The position numbers and the translations under genes are program-made. The notes beneath the pieces were generated by a model. The model was not told the origin of the DNA and ran no database searches. It saw only the letters and a program-made list of their open reading frames with translations. From Chloroflexota bacterium (lineage in GTDB: Bacteria; Chloroflexota; Dehalococcoidia; SHYB01): a stretch of DNA of 64,000 nucleotides. The stretch lies in assembly GCA_016875535.1 (NCBI GenBank), contig VGPF01000004.1, positions 1,588 through 65,587 of the forward strand, given 5' to 3'. The number at the start of each line of letters is the position of its first letter. The stretch's first letter is position 1. Below are positions 8,341 through 19,568 of this stretch, piece after piece.

Positions 8341-10698
8341 CTACCCCGTCACCAGGATCAGCGCGTCGCGCCCGGGGACGCTCACCGCATCTCCCGCAGG
8401 CGCGCCGCTGTTCACGGCGGCGTCCTGCGTCCCCGCGATGCGCCGCAGGGCTATCCCGGGGAAGAGGGCGCGCAGCTCGAACGTCACCGCCTGCAGGCTC
8501 GCGTTCACCAACACCACGCCGCGTTCGAAGCGCCGCGCAAAGATATCGCCGGGGCCTTCCATCAGCCGCGCGTCGTCCAGCCACACATCGCCGGCCTCCC
8601 TGCCGAGCTCCATTACCAGCGTCGCTCTGGCCTCGTCGCTCCGCACGATGAACGTCAGCGAATAGTCCCGCCACGCGCCATCGGCCATCACATCCTGCGT
8701 CGCTGGCCGCGACCCGGCCACGCTCGGCGTCGCGATGCCGAAGGCGATGCGGCGCGGGATCCGCCCGTACGCGGCGTCCCGAGCGCCGTACTTCGGGTCG
8801 GCGGCGACCTTCACGCGCAGCGTATATTCCCGATCCTTCCGCACGGCGAATGTGCCGATGCTCACGCTGATCTTCGAATCGGCAGGGTCTCGATCGAGCT
8901 GAGTGATGCTTACTTTGAGCGAGCCGCTTCCGCTGCCCGCCTTCGCCGCGTCCCTCGAGAGCGTCGCCCGCGATTGGCCGAGCTGGGTGAGCGTCGCGCC
9001 GCTGGTGTCCCGCTCGAAGTCGCCGCTCGCGAGAAGGTTCGGCGCATTCGTCAGGCGGTCGAGCCTGCGCGGCTCCTCCACGGGCCTGCCCAGATAGCCC
9101 CAGCGGTTCTCCCGTCCCGCCTTGAACTCATCCGGCTCCGCGTAGTTGAGCCGCGTCGCCGGGTCCACGTAGGCGCACTGGTCCCGTTCCACTTCAGGGT
9201 TCACGGGGATGTAGGCGAAGTAGCCGTTGCCCAGCAGCGCCGCGCCAAGGGCCAGGCGTATCTTCCAGTTCGTCCCCTTCTCCTCCTCCGGACAGCGCGT
9301 GAATGCCTCGGTGAACTCCTTCAGCTGCAGGTAGGAGAGTCGCGGCGCGCGGGCCTCCTGGAGCCAGTAGAAATAGCGCTGCAGCGGCGCCGAGATCTCG
9401 TCCCACTGGTGCAGGTCGGGGAACGACTCGTTCTCGATGCCGTTGGCGAACTCCGTGTCCCGGTTGCTGGTATCGCCCGTCGCCTCGCTGATGAGGAAGA
9501 CGCTCTCGCCCACCAGGGAGCGCAGCGTCTGCATGAAGGTCACGGCGCCCAGCCCGTACGAGCTGGCGTTGTTGCTGTAGCCTGCGTCCGCCGCGCCGTC
9601 GTTGTCGCAATCCAGCCTGCGGTTCGGGCCTTGCACCGTGGAGGCGGCCGTGAAGCGCGAGACGTCGAACTGGTAGCCGTCTATCCCCTCAAGCGCCCCG
9701 CCCGGGCGCAGATAGCCCGCCAGCGTCTGCGCCAGCGCCTCGATAAGCCTTCTGCCCTGGGCGTCCCGCGGGCCTTCCAGGCAAAAGTTATACTTCCACA
9801 CTTCGTTGCTGTAGCGCACGTAGGCGTGGGCGGCCAGGCGCGTCTGCCCCGCGCGGAACTCCTGCGCCGTGGAGCCGTGGGCGCCCCGTGTCACCTGCAC
9901 CTGGCCGGGCGTCACAGCCACGATCCGCACCTGCTCCACCCGGCTATAGTCCGGCTTCCCATCGGCGCCCAGGGCCGTCATCTGCGCCGCTTCGCCGGGC
10001 AGGAACAGACTGCTGTCGGCCACGGGCAAGATCGTCGCGGCGGCGGAGACATTCGCTGCGAGCGTTGTGCCGTTCATGAGTAGCCAGTGGCCGGGAAAGA
10101 CTGCCGGCTGGCTGCCATCCGGGTTGCGCCCCTCGAAGAGGAAGTGGTCGAGGACGATCTTCTCCGGGTATCGCGATTTCACGGCGCGCAGGTACGGCCC
10201 CACGGCCTGCAGGCCGATGACCTCTTCGTCCAGCCCTTTCGCGATCACCATATCGTAGTTCGCCGCGATCGCAAGCGCTTGTTCCAGGGACTCATTGCCC
10301 GGCGTGCGCGCCAGCCGCTCGAGCACCGCGCGAAAGAGCGTCGCATGCGGATATGCCCGTTGCTGGTCCAGCAGCGCCTGCCCGCGAAGCGGCGGGCGCG
10401 TCGGCGTCGGCGTGGGCCTCTGCGTCGCGGTCGCCGTTGCGGTAGGCACAGGCCTGCCCGTCGCCGTCGGCGCGAGGGTCGGCGTTGGGGCGCGGGTCGG
10501 CGTCACCGTGCTGCCCGGCGTTGGGCTGGGCTGTGGCGCAACCGTTGTCCCCTGGGGCGGCGGCGTTCTTGCAGCCGTCGCCGTCGCCTGCGGCGTAGGC
10601 GTCGGCGAAGGTGGATCACCGCCGCCTGAAGCGCACGCCGCCAGCATGAGCGCCGCGCCGATCGCGATGAGTAGCGCCTCGATTCTTTGCCTCAACAT
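8341..10698 (-). CDS. Secreted lipoprotein, glycoside-hydrolase-like, with N-terminal PT linker and C-terminal CBM4/9-like domain
   Basis: Lipobox LMLAAC. Long PT linker. C-terminal ~150 aa resemble a galactose-binding-like CBM. The catalytic family was not identified. Confidence 0.5.
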   Translation of the reverse strand: MLRQRIEALLIAIGAALMLAACASGGGDPPSPTPTPQATATAARTPPPQGTTVAPQPSPTPGSTVTPTRAPTPTLAPTATGRPVPTATATATQRPTPTPTRPPLRGQALLDQQRAYPHATLFRAVLERLARTPGNESLEQALAIAANYDMVIAKGLDEEVIGLQAVGPYLRAVKSRYPEKIVLDHFLFEGRNPDGSQPAVFPGHWLLMNGTTLAANVSAAATILPVADSSLFLPGEAAQMTALGADGKPDYSRVEQVRIVAVTPGQVQVTRGAHGSTAQEFRAGQTRLAAHAYVRYSNEVWKYNFCLEGPRDAQGRRLIEALAQTLAGYLRPGGALEGIDGYQFDVSRFTAASTVQGPNRRLDCDNDGAADAGYSNNASSYGLGAVTFMQTLRSLVGESVFLISEATGDTSNRDTEFANGIENESFPDLHQWDEISAPLQRYFYWLQEARAPRLSYLQLKEFTEAFTRCPEEEKGTNWKIRLALGAALLGNGYFAYIPVNPEVERDQCAYVDPATRLNYAEPDEFKAGRENRWGYLGRPVEEPRRLDRLTNAPNLLASGDFERDTSGATLTQLGQSRATLSRDAAKAGSGSGSLKVSITQLDRDPADSKISVSIGTFAVRKDREYTLRVKVAADPKYGARDAAYGRIPRRIAFGIATPSVAGSRPATQDVMADGAWRDYSLTFIVRSDEARATLVMELGREAGDVWLDDARLMEGPGDIFARRFERGVVLVNASLQAVTFELRALFPGIALRRIAGTQDAAVNSGAPAGDAVSVPGRDALILVTG

Positions 10699-10756
10699 GC
10701 TGGGATTCTAGCGCATGCCGTCCAGTTGCGCCGCTCCCAAAACAAAGAGGCCCCGC

Positions 10757-10790
10757 CGGACGGCGGGGCCTCTTTTGCACGCTATCGCTT
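10757..10790 (-). terminator. Terminator hairpin AAGAGGCCCCGCC-GGAC-GGCGGGGCCTCTT followed by a T-tract
   Basis: Perfect 13-bp stem. Lies downstream of the minus-strand membrane-protein gene. Confidence 0.65.
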
Positions 10791-10795
10791 ACCGC

Positions 10796-11680
10796 TTAGC
10801 CGTTGCGCGGCGCAGGCCGGAAGGCGTTCTCCAGGCAATCGGGAGAGAAGCCCTGCACGCCCACCTTGCCCGTCTTCGCATACTCGTACAGCACCGCTCG
10901 GTAGACCGAGCTGAGCGCGGAGAAAAAGGCGATGGTCAGCAGGATACCGCCGATGCCGATCGCCAGCAGGATCGCGCCGAAGACGATGGCCGCCGTCGCG
11001 CCGCTCGTGATGAGCGCGATGCCGCTCACGCCGAAGACGACTCCCAGCACAAGGATGATGACCATGGAGATCAGCCCCATGCCTGCATTGCCCACCGCCG
11101 CCTCGCCCCAGCGGTTCTTCACAACGTTGAAGGAGCGCTTCACCGCCTCGAAGCCGCCCACGCCCTCGTAGGCGATGACAGGGATCACGAAGAACGTCAT
11201 CAACGTCCACGCCACGCTCACCAGGCTGATGATGATCTGCGAGATGATGCGCGCCACGCCGTCGCTGTTGCGGCGGGCCGCCATCTGCAAGCCCTGGATG
11301 ATCATGCCCACCACCGCCGCGATGATCGTCCACGTCACGATGGGCCCCAGGCGCTTGTTCGCCTCCCGCAGGGAAGAGCGGATCGTCGGGTCGCCGCCGC
11401 CCAGGCGCTGCTTCACCCCGGCCACCAGCGCCACCTGGCAGTAGATCGTCAGGAAGTACGTTCCCAAGTAGAAAAAGAGGATCAGAATCACATCCGTTAT
11501 CGTGAACGACTCTCCCTCATCAAAGACGCCAAAGGCGATGCCCACGCTCGCCAGGATGCCGGCGAGGACGACGCCGAAGATGAAGGAAATGACCGGGAAG
11601 ATCGCCAGCTCCTTGTCCTGCTTCAGGACGTGCCAGCTCTGCTTCGCCAGCCGCCAACTACGCGTCCAAGAATCGAACAT
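10796..11680 (-). CDS. Polytopic membrane protein (DUF6159-like)
   Basis: Six or more hydrophobic helices, Gly-rich. Confidence 0.6.
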   Translation of the reverse strand: MFDSWTRSWRLAKQSWHVLKQDKELAIFPVISFIFGVVLAGILASVGIAFGVFDEGESFTITDVILILFFYLGTYFLTIYCQVALVAGVKQRLGGGDPTIRSSLREANKRLGPIVTWTIIAAVVGMIIQGLQMAARRNSDGVARIISQIIISLVSVAWTLMTFFVIPVIAYEGVGGFEAVKRSFNVVKNRWGEAAVGNAGMGLISMVIILVLGVVFGVSGIALITSGATAAIVFGAILLAIGIGGILLTIAFFSALSSVYRAVLYEYAKTGKVGVQGFSPDCLENAFRPAPRNG

Positions 11681-11817
11681 AGCCCCTCCTCGTTGATGCT
11701 CGCATGCGGCCTCGGGCCGCTGCAGACAGCTTAGAGCCGCGCGCCCCGGGCGTCAATGGAAGAGGTTCTGCTGCTATACTCGGCCAAGCACGAGATTTGG
11801 AACGGGTCTTGGATTCC

Positions 11818-12138
11818 ATGACAGAGCAAAGCCTCCTCCACCTTCGGCGCGCGATTCGCCTGGGACGCTATCGTCTGACAGAGCATGCCGAGCACGAGCG
11901 TGAAGCAGATACGATCGCCATGCACGAACTGGAGGAGGCCTTCTCTTCCGCAAATGTCGAGATTCTGGAAGACTATCCTCGCGATCCACGCGGCCCAAGT
12001 GCGCTCTTCCTTGGATTTACAAAGGTAGGCCGACCCATCCATGCTGTGATCGGACTTTCCGGCCCTGCTATAGTAGTGGTTGTAACCGTCTACCGGCCCG
12101 ATTCGAAGCTCTGGAAAGATTGGCGCATCCGAATATGA
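11818..12138 (+). CDS. DUF4258-family type II toxin
   Basis: Conserved core ...GRPIHAVIGLSGPAIVVVVTVYRPD. Start chosen at the internal ATG. Overlaps the downstream antitoxin gene. Confidence 0.6.
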   Translation: MTEQSLLHLRRAIRLGRYRLTEHAEHEREADTIAMHELEEAFSSANVEILEDYPRDPRGPSALFLGFTKVGRPIHAVIGLSGPAIVVVVTVYRPDSKLWKDWRIRI

Positions 12139-12368
12139 AATCTCTCACCATCTGTCCTTTCTGCAAAGGGCGGGTTCAACGCAAGCGCATCGAGCACGTC
12201 CACCGTTGGAAGGGTGCTCTCTTCATCCTGCGTAACGTGCCCGCGGAGGCATGCACCCAGTGCGGCGAGACCTTCTTTGCGCCTTCAGCCTTGAAGGCGA
12301 TGGACCGCATCGTCGCCGGGGGCGCCGAACCGAAAGAGCGTCGCTCCGTCCCTGTCTTCTCGCTCTAA
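12120..12368 (+). CDS. YgiT/MqsA-type zinc-finger antitoxin
   Basis: CPFCKG...CTQCGE double C-x2-C zinc ribbon. Overlaps the DUF4258 gene by 19 nt. Confidence 0.65.
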   Translation: MAHPNMKSLTICPFCKGRVQRKRIEHVHRWKGALFILRNVPAEACTQCGETFFAPSALKAMDRIVAGGAEPKERRSVPVFSL

Positions 12369-12430
12369 CCTCGCGCCGGCTTCGCAACGGCGCGGCCAAG
12401 CCCGCCGCCTATACACGCTAGGAGGCTCCC

Positions 12431-12931
12431 GTGCCTGCACAACGTCCGCCCTCCCCCCGCGCCGCGCGGCCAAACTTCACCCCCGGCTACGGCATCGAGC
12501 GCAGGCTCACCAAAGAGATGCTCGCATGGCCTGCCGTTCAGCGCGCCCTGGCCAAGTCTCGCAACTACTGGATCGTCACCGCCTCCGGGGATGGCGCGCC
12601 CCACGCCGCCCCCGTCTGGGGCCTCTGGTTCGATGGCTCCCTTTGCTTCTCCACGGACCCCAACTCCCGCAAAGGGCGCAACCTCGCCGCCAACCCCCGC
12701 CTCGTCGTCCACCTGGAAAGCGGCGATGATGCCGTCATCCTCACCGGCCGCGCCGAGCGCATCACGGACCCCAAGCTCCTCAACCGCTTCGCGCGCGCCT
12801 ACAAGCGGAAATACGCCTTCCGCCCCAACACGGACGATCCCAACGGCGCCTTCTTCCGCCTGCGCCTCGCATCCGCCCTCGCCTGGAAAGAGCGCAACTT
12901 CCCCAAGTCCGCCTCCAAGTGGTCCTTTTAG
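12431..12931 (+). CDS. Pyridoxamine 5'-phosphate oxidase-family (FMN/F420-binding split-barrel) protein
   Basis: PNPOx-like motifs WIVTASGDGAPHAAPVWGLWFDGSL. Confidence 0.7.
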   Translation: MPAQRPPSPRAARPNFTPGYGIERRLTKEMLAWPAVQRALAKSRNYWIVTASGDGAPHAAPVWGLWFDGSLCFSTDPNSRKGRNLAANPRLVVHLESGDDAVILTGRAERITDPKLLNRFARAYKRKYAFRPNTDDPNGAFFRLRLASALAWKERNFPKSASKWSF

Positions 12932-13010
12932 GCTGCCTCCCGGCATCGCCCGCGCCGTGCCCCGTCACCGGTGCTATCATGGGTAGCCGCGAGACGCTCA
13001 CCGCAGAACG

Positions 13011-15290
13011 GTGCAGAGGGGTCGCGGTTGCCACGGCTCTTTGCAAGCCTCCGCTCCCGCCTCATCCTTCTCTCTCTGCGCCTTCCTTCCGGCGCTGGGG
13101 CTCATCCTCTTCATCGCCGATGCACAGCACGATGACGCCGCCCTTCACGCCCGCGAAGATGTGCTCCGCGCCTCCGGCGGCGTCGCCAAGCTCGAGAGCG
13201 ACCTCGTCACCACCGCCAACCAACAGCTCATCGAGTTCCAAAACCTCTTCTCCGACCTCCGCTCCGGCACCGCCGCCGAATGCGACGCCATCGCCAACGT
13301 CGTCCTCGCCCTCTATCCCTCCTTCGCCTCCTTCACCGTCGCCGGCAGGAATGGCTCTCCCGTCTGCGGCGCCCCTTCCGGCGCCGCCCCGCTGGACCTG
13401 ACCCAGCGGCCCGATCTCCGGCAAAGCATTGACCTCAAAACCTTCGTCATCGGCGGCTATAAGACCGATCCCCTCTCCGGCAAGTTCGCCCTCGCCGTCA
13501 GCTTCCCCCTCCTTGATGATGCCGGCTCCGTCGTCCGCGTCATCGCCGCATATCTGGATCTCTCCTGGCTCCAGACCGTCGCCGATGAAGAGCGCCTGCC
13601 CAACGGCTCCACTATCACCCTCCTCTCCGCCGGCGGCATCGTCCTCGCCCGCTATCCTGATCCTGAGCGCTGGGTCGGCAGAACCGTTCCCGCGCCCGGC
13701 ATCACCAGGGCCATCAGCGGCGGCCTCTCCGGCTTCACCGTGGAGAGCGGCGGGATTGACGGCGATCGCCGCATCTACGGCTTCTCCCGCATGAAAGGCG
13801 CCCACGGCAACACCTCCGCCTTCATCGCCGCAGGCATCCCCTCCTCCGTCGCCTTCGCCGAGGCGAACAGCGTCCGGGATCGCAGCCTCATCGCTCTCAT
13901 CATCATCGCCGCCGCCGTCTTCATCATCGCCTCCCTGGGAAGCGAGCTCCTTGTCCTCCGCCCCGTCCGCGCCCTTCGCGCCGCCGCCCTTCGCATCGCC
14001 CAGGGCGATGCCGCAAGCCGCGTCCGCATGAAAGGCGGCGCCTCTGAGTTCCTCAGCACCGCCGCCACCTTCAACACCATGGCCGATGAGTTGGAAGCCC
14101 GCCAGGGCAAGCTGGGGGAGGCCGCCGCCGAGCGCACCGCAGAGCTCCAGGCCCAGGTCGGCCTCACCGCCAGCGCCAACTCCATCCTTCGCTCCACCCT
14201 GGACGCCACGGCAGACGCCGTCATCGTCTACGATCCGGACGGCGTCACCCTGGCCGTCAACGAGCGCCTTCGCGATCTCTTCCCGGACGGCATCGCCGTC
14301 ACCCAGCTCATCGGCCGGCCCTTCGCTGTCTCTGCAAGCCGCCTCCTCGGCGCCTTCGACGATGCGGAGCGCGCCATCGCCGCCGTCAAGGATAGCCTCA
14401 CCGATGGCGACCGCACCTTCAAGGAGAAGCTCTTCACCAAGCCCCCCGTCCGCGAATTCGAGCTCTTCTCCACCCCGGCCTGCGGCAGGGACGGCTCCCT
14501 CATCGGCCGCCTCGTCGCCTTCCGCGATATGACCCAGGAGCGCGAGCTCGGGCGCATGCGCACCGAATTCATCAGCATGGTCTCCCACGAGCTGCGCGCG
14601 CCCCTCACCATCATCAAGGGCTACAACGGATTCCTCGCCGATGGCGATGCCGGCCCCCTCAACGCCCGGCAGGCCGAGTACGTAAGCGAGATACAAAAGA
14701 GCGCCAACCAGCTCATCGCCCTCGTCAACGACCTCCTGGACATGCAGCAGATCGAAGCCGGCAAAGTCGCCCTCGCTCCCGCAGCCCTCCACGTGCGCGA
14801 TTGCGCGGACGCCACCGTCGCCGCCTCCGCCCCCACGTTCGCCCAAAAGCGGCACTCCATCGTCATTGATGTCCCAAGAGACCTCCCCAAGATCTGGGCC
14901 GATCCCCAACGCCTCACCCAGGTCCTCGCGAACCTCCTCTCCAACGCCCACAAATATACGCCCGATGGTGGCCGCATCACCCTCCGCGCCTCCCTGGCGG
15001 GAGACATGGTCCGCATCAGCGTCCAGGACAGCGGCATCGGCATCTCCAAGGAAGACCTCGTCAAGCTCTTCACCAAGTTCTTCCGCTCCGGCAACCGCGC
15101 CGCCCGTGCCGAAGACGGCACCGGCCTCGGCCTCGTCATCACCAAGCTCCTCGTCGAGCTCCACGGCGGCAAAATCACCGTTGATTCGGAGCTGGGCAAA
15201 GGCTCAACCTTCTCCTTCACCCTGCCCGTCGCGGGATCAGGCGGAACCGGTCCTCCCTCGGCGGCGCCCGCCGTCGGGAAGGCCCCCTGA
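13011..15290 (+). CDS. Sensor histidine kinase (extracytoplasmic Cache-like domain, HAMP, PAS, HisKA, HATPase_c)
   Basis: H-box [11 protein letters not shown] plus N, G1 and G2 boxes. The N-terminal start is uncertain. Confidence 0.85.
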   Translation: MQRGRGCHGSLQASAPASSFSLCAFLPALGLILFIADAQHDDAALHAREDVLRASGGVAKLESDLVTTANQQLIEFQNLFSDLRSGTAAECDAIANVVLALYPSFASFTVAGRNGSPVCGAPSGAAPLDLTQRPDLRQSIDLKTFVIGGYKTDPLSGKFALAVSFPLLDDAGSVVRVIAAYLDLSWLQTVADEERLPNGSTITLLSAGGIVLARYPDPERWVGRTVPAPGITRAISGGLSGFTVESGGIDGDRRIYGFSRMKGAHGNTSAFIAAGIPSSVAFAEANSVRDRSLIALIIIAAAVFIIASLGSELLVLRPVRALRAAALRIAQGDAASRVRMKGGASEFLSTAATFNTMADELEARQGKLGEAAAERTAELQAQVGLTASANSILRSTLDATADAVIVYDPDGVTLAVNERLRDLFPDGIAVTQLIGRPFAVSASRLLGAFDDAERAIAAVKDSLTDGDRTFKEKLFTKPPVREFELFSTPACGRDGSLIGRLVAFRDMTQERELGRMRTEFISMVSHELRAPLTIIKGYNGFLADGDAGPLNARQAEYVSEIQKSANQLIALVNDLLDMQQIEAGKVALAPAALHVRDCADATVAASAPTFAQKRHSIVIDVPRDLPKIWADPQRLTQVLANLLSNAHKYTPDGGRITLRASLAGDMVRISVQDSGIGISKEDLVKLFTKFFRSGNRAARAEDGTGLGLVITKLLVELHGGKITVDSELGKGSTFSFTLPVAGSGGTGPPSAAPAVGKAP

Positions 15291-15699
15291 ACCTTTGGAC
15301 CCTGGAGAAGCGCCTTCCGCGCTAACCGGCCTTTGGTAACGCTCGGTAACGCCCTTCACACACTCCAGCTTCCGGACGCACGCCCGTCCGCTTCCAGACA
15401 GGCTAGTTGCTAGCCAAAAAAACCTATCCAAACCCACACCATACTCTTATACGGCATTTCCAGCTATCCATCTTGGGATCCCACCGCCGGCGATGCCTTG
15501 CCACGGCTCTCTTTCGGGTATGGGTAAGAGAAGCGCCCGCCGCCTACGGAGCCGACCTCCCTAGGTATGGGGTGGGTGCTGTCCCGATTGCGCTATTGCC
15601 CCCACCCTCTACAATCCAGCTATGGTGCCCTGGCACCAGGGGGAGCCGCGATGGATGTCTTCCATGCATCAACGCGGATAATAGTGCCTTGCGCGGGGC

Positions 15700-18600
15700 G
15701 TGACGGCGGTTATGGCCAGAGACCTGATGACCAAGCATCCGCAGACAACCAGCGGGCATTCGCTCTTTGCCAGCCTGGCGGAGATCACTCCGGCGGGCGT
15801 CTATATCCTTGCCGGCGGCCGCTTCCGCCTGGTGAGCGACGCCTTCTGCGCCTTCACCGGCTACACCCGCGCTGAGCTCCTCGCCCTCGACCCCTGGACC
15901 ATCATCGCGCCCCAAGACCGGGAGCACGTCCGCGCTCAAGCCGTCAAGCGCCTCCGCTCCGGCGATACCTCCCCCTACCGCTTCCAGGCCGTCGCCAAGG
16001 ACGGCTCCCCGCGGTGGATCGTCGAATCCGTTCGCAGCGTCACCTTCGAAGGCACGCGCGCCACCCTCGGTAGCTTCTTCGATATCACCGAGTTCAAGCG
16101 CTCCGCTGATGCCCTTCGCGAGTCCGATGCCCAGCTCCGCTTCCTGGCGGAAACCTCCCGGGACGTCATCTTCATCCATCGGATCCGCCCCGCGCGCGCC
16201 TACGAATACATCAGCCCCAGCTGCGAAGCGTTGTTCGGCTTCGCGCCGCAGGACTTCTACGCCGCCCCCGATCTCCTCGCCCGCATCACCCTCCCGGACG
16301 ATCTTCCCCTCCTCAACCGCGACGTCAGCCGACCTGACTCCGCGGAAAGCCCCCCTCGCATCCGCGTCGTCCGCAAGGACGGCCGCGTTATCTGGATAGA
16401 GACCCGCGTCTCCTATGAGCGCGATCCCGCCGGCAAGCCCCTCGTCGCCCGGGGCATCATCCGCGATGTCACGGACTCCGTCCAGGCCAACCGCGCCCTC
16501 CGCCGGAGCGAAGAGAGCTTCCGCGCCATCGCCGAACACTCCAAGGACGTCATCTATCGCTACCACTATCAGCCCCAGCGCGGCTACGAATATATGAGCC
16601 CCTCAGCCCTGGCGCTCTACGGCTACAGCCCCGCCGATTTCTACAATGACAGCCGCCTCCTGACCAAGATCGTCCATCCGGACGACCGCAAGCTCCTGGA
16701 AGACCGCCCCAGCGGCCGCGCCAGGAGTGCGGAGCCTGCCACCGTCCGCATCATCACGAAAGACGGCAAGATGGTCTGGATCGAGCGCAGGGTCTCCTAT
16801 ATCTATGACGATGACGGCGCCCTTGTGGCCGCCCAGGGCATCACCCGTGACATCACCGACCGCGTCGAAGCCCAGGAGGCCCTCCGCGCGCGCGGCGAGA
16901 TCTTCCGCCTCCTGGCGGAAAATTCCGGTGACATGATCTACCGCTACCGCATGACCGAGCCCTACGGCTATGAATACGTCAGCCCCGCCGGTGCCGCCAT
17001 CTTCGGCTACACTCCGGAAGAGTTCTACGCCGACCCCAAGATCACCCGCAAGCTCTGGGCCCCGGAACAGGCCGATGCCATCCACAATGAGGTTAGCGAC
17101 CTCGATAAGTCGTGGCAGGCTCTGGTTCTGCCCGCCCAGCACAAGAACGGCGCCAAGCTCTGGGTGGAAGTCTCCCGCCGCTGCATCTTCGATGACCAAG
17201 GCGCCCTCTCCGCCGTCGAAGGCGTCATCAGGAACGTCACCCAGCGCGTGGAGGCCGAGCAGTCGTTGCGCAAGCGCGAAGAGACCTTCCGCCTCCTGGC
17301 GGAGAACGCCCATGACATGATCTACCGCTATCGGATGACAGAGCCCGTGGGCTACGAATACGTCAGCCCCGCCTGCGAGCGCATCTACGGCCTCACGCCG
17401 GAAGACTTCTATGCAGACCCCCACATCACACGCAAGTACTGGCTGAAGGACGATATCCCCGACTTGATGAAGCGGACCGGAAAGCTCAGCTCCGATTGGA
17501 CCACTTTCACCCACCGCTCCCTGCGCACGGACGGCGCCGTCATCTGGGTGGAAGTGACCCGCCGCCATCTCTTCGATGGCTCGGGCCGCTTGGCGGCGGT
17601 GGAAGGCGTCATCCGGGACGTCACCGAGCGCATGCAGCAACTGCAGGAGCTCGATCGCCGCCGCACCCTCTTGAACCAGCTCGTCATGTCCACCCCGGAC
17701 GCTCTCATCGTCGCCGACCCCGAGGGCCGCATCATCCTCGCCAATCCCGCCTGCCACGACCTCCTCAAAAAGGCCGAAGACTCCCTCGCAGGCGTCACCC
17801 TCTCAGACGCCCTTCCTCTGCCCGAGCTCTCCAGCGCCCTCACCGCAGGCCGGCACGTCACCAACCTGGAGCTCCGCTACCAGGAATCCGGCGCCGACCG
17901 CTACCTCATCGCCAGCGTCATCCCCATGCACAGCCCGGAAGCGGAAGGCGGCGCCGGCGATCTCTACCTCGTCATCCTCCATGACGCCACTATGGAGCGC
18001 GCCTCCCAGGCCGCCCTCTACCACACCGCGCGCCTCGCCTCCATCGGCGAGATGGCCGCCGGCGTCGCCCATGAGATCAACAACCCCCTCACCAGCGTCC
18101 TCGGCTATAGCGAGCTTATCTCCACCTCCCCGGCCCTCCCCCAGAGCCTCCGGCGTGACATCCTCACCATCAAGGCTAACGCCGAGCGCGCCTCCCACAT
18201 CGTTCGCAACCTCCTCGCCTTCGGGCGGCCCTACAAGCTCCAGCGCGCCCCCGTCAACATCAATGACGCCCTCGCCAGCGCCCTCCAGCTGCGCTCCTAC
18301 GAGCTCAAGGCCGGCAACATCCAGGTCGTCACCCGCCTCCAGCCCGACCTCCCGCGCATCATCGGCGATGGCAACCAGCTCCAGCAGGTCTTCATCAACA
18401 TCATCATCAACGCGGAGCACGCCATGCTCGCCGCCAACGGCAAGGGCGTCCTCGTCATCGCCACCGCAAAAGCCGGCGAGCGCGTCTCCATCTCTTTCGC
18501 CGATGACGGCCCCGGCATGACCCCCGATGTCATCGCCAAGATCTTCGACCCCTTCTTCACCACCAAAGAGCCCGGCAAAGGCACCGGCCTCGGCCTCTCC

Positions 18601-18720
18601 ATCTCCCACACCATCATCAAGGCCCACGGCGGCGATATCTCCGCCATCAGCTCCCCCGGCAAGGGCGCAACTTTCCTGATCACCCTGCCCGCTCAAGAGG
18701 CCGAGCAAAAAACGCCATGA
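15700..18720 (+). CDS. Multi-PAS (>=6 PAS/PAC) sensor histidine kinase
   Basis: Repeated PAS blocks (…DMIYRYRMTEPYGYEYVSPA…). HisKA box HEINNPLTSVLGY. HATPase_c motifs. Confidence 0.85.
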   Translation: MTAVMARDLMTKHPQTTSGHSLFASLAEITPAGVYILAGGRFRLVSDAFCAFTGYTRAELLALDPWTIIAPQDREHVRAQAVKRLRSGDTSPYRFQAVAKDGSPRWIVESVRSVTFEGTRATLGSFFDITEFKRSADALRESDAQLRFLAETSRDVIFIHRIRPARAYEYISPSCEALFGFAPQDFYAAPDLLARITLPDDLPLLNRDVSRPDSAESPPRIRVVRKDGRVIWIETRVSYERDPAGKPLVARGIIRDVTDSVQANRALRRSEESFRAIAEHSKDVIYRYHYQPQRGYEYMSPSALALYGYSPADFYNDSRLLTKIVHPDDRKLLEDRPSGRARSAEPATVRIITKDGKMVWIERRVSYIYDDDGALVAAQGITRDITDRVEAQEALRARGEIFRLLAENSGDMIYRYRMTEPYGYEYVSPAGAAIFGYTPEEFYADPKITRKLWAPEQADAIHNEVSDLDKSWQALVLPAQHKNGAKLWVEVSRRCIFDDQGALSAVEGVIRNVTQRVEAEQSLRKREETFRLLAENAHDMIYRYRMTEPVGYEYVSPACERIYGLTPEDFYADPHITRKYWLKDDIPDLMKRTGKLSSDWTTFTHRSLRTDGAVIWVEVTRRHLFDGSGRLAAVEGVIRDVTERMQQLQELDRRRTLLNQLVMSTPDALIVADPEGRIILANPACHDLLKKAEDSLAGVTLSDALPLPELSSALTAGRHVTNLELRYQESGADRYLIASVIPMHSPEAEGGAGDLYLVILHDATMERASQAALYHTARLASIGEMAAGVAHEINNPLTSVLGYSELISTSPALPQSLRRDILTIKANAERASHIVRNLLAFGRPYKLQRAPVNINDALASALQLRSYELKAGNIQVVTRLQPDLPRIIGDGNQLQQVFINIIINAEHAMLAANGKGVLVIATAKAGERVSISFADDGPGMTPDVIAKIFDPFFTTKEPGKGTGLGLSISHTIIKAHGGDISAISSPGKGATFLITLPAQEAEQKTP

Positions 18721-18760
18721 ACAGCCCCAGCAACCCATCTTCCCACTGGAGCGCACCAGA

Positions 18761-19345
18761 ATGAGCAAGCCCCTGATCCTCGCCATAGACGATGAGCCGG
18801 ACATCCTCTTCCTCATCCGCCGCTTCCTGGAGCCCAACGGCTACGAGGTCATCGGCGCATCCAGCGGCCGGCAAGCCCTGCAAGCCGCCGGCCAGCGCCA
18901 GCCCGATCTGGTCCTCACGGATATGAAGATGCCCGGCATGACCGGCATCGAAGTCATGCGCGGCCTCCATGCCATCAGCGCCGATATCCCCATCATCATG
19001 GTCACCGGCACCGGCGATATCGAAACCGCCGTCCAGGCCCTCCGCCACGGCGCCTACGACTACATCCCCAAGCCCTTCCACGGCGAAGAGATCCTCAACG
19101 CCGTCCACCGCGCCCTGGAGCGCCAGCGCCTCGTCCGCGAAAACTTGGCCTACCAGCGCCAGCTCGAGCAAAAGGTCGCCGAAGCCACCGAACACCTGGA
19201 GCAGAAGATCCGCGAGCTGACCGCCCTCAACGAGCTCTTCCAGAAACACCTCGCCGAGAAATATCAGACGGAGGCCTCCCTGGCCAAGCTCTCCGCTGAA
19301 GTCGCCCGCCTCGCCAAGCAAGTCACCGGCAACCCCAGGCCCTAA
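18761..19345 (+). CDS. Response regulator, receiver domain plus C-terminal coiled coil (no DNA-binding domain)
   Basis: Phospho-acceptor context LVLTDMKMPGMTG. KPF motif. Confidence 0.85.
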   Translation: MSKPLILAIDDEPDILFLIRRFLEPNGYEVIGASSGRQALQAAGQRQPDLVLTDMKMPGMTGIEVMRGLHAISADIPIIMVTGTGDIETAVQALRHGAYDYIPKPFHGEEILNAVHRALERQRLVRENLAYQRQLEQKVAEATEHLEQKIRELTALNELFQKHLAEKYQTEASLAKLSAEVARLAKQVTGNPRP

Positions 19346-19568
19346 CAACCCATCTGCGTACGGGCAGCCCTTTCCCGTGAGCGTGCGCTGCGCCGATCTG
19401 TCCCTCTCCCGAGGTTCATTCCAATGAACCGTCGGGGAGAGGAACCCGAGAAGCATTTGTCCTCAGGCCGTATCCTCGGCCCCGATGTTTCCCGGAAGGT
19501 GAGGGTGCATCTTCCCCAGATTGCCTTCGTAATCCCATCCCCATCGGGCGCACACTCCGCCCTGGCCC

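Noticed and set aside
13062-15164. 700-aa minus-strand ORF antisense to the first histidine kinase. The same holds for 15544..16566, 16603..17757 and 17803..18837 (antisense to the multi-PAS kinase).
   Set aside because: Gly/Ala/Asp/Glu low-complexity translations with no motifs. Classic high-GC antisense shadow ORFs, whereas the sense frames contain complete HisKA/HATPase/PAS signatures.
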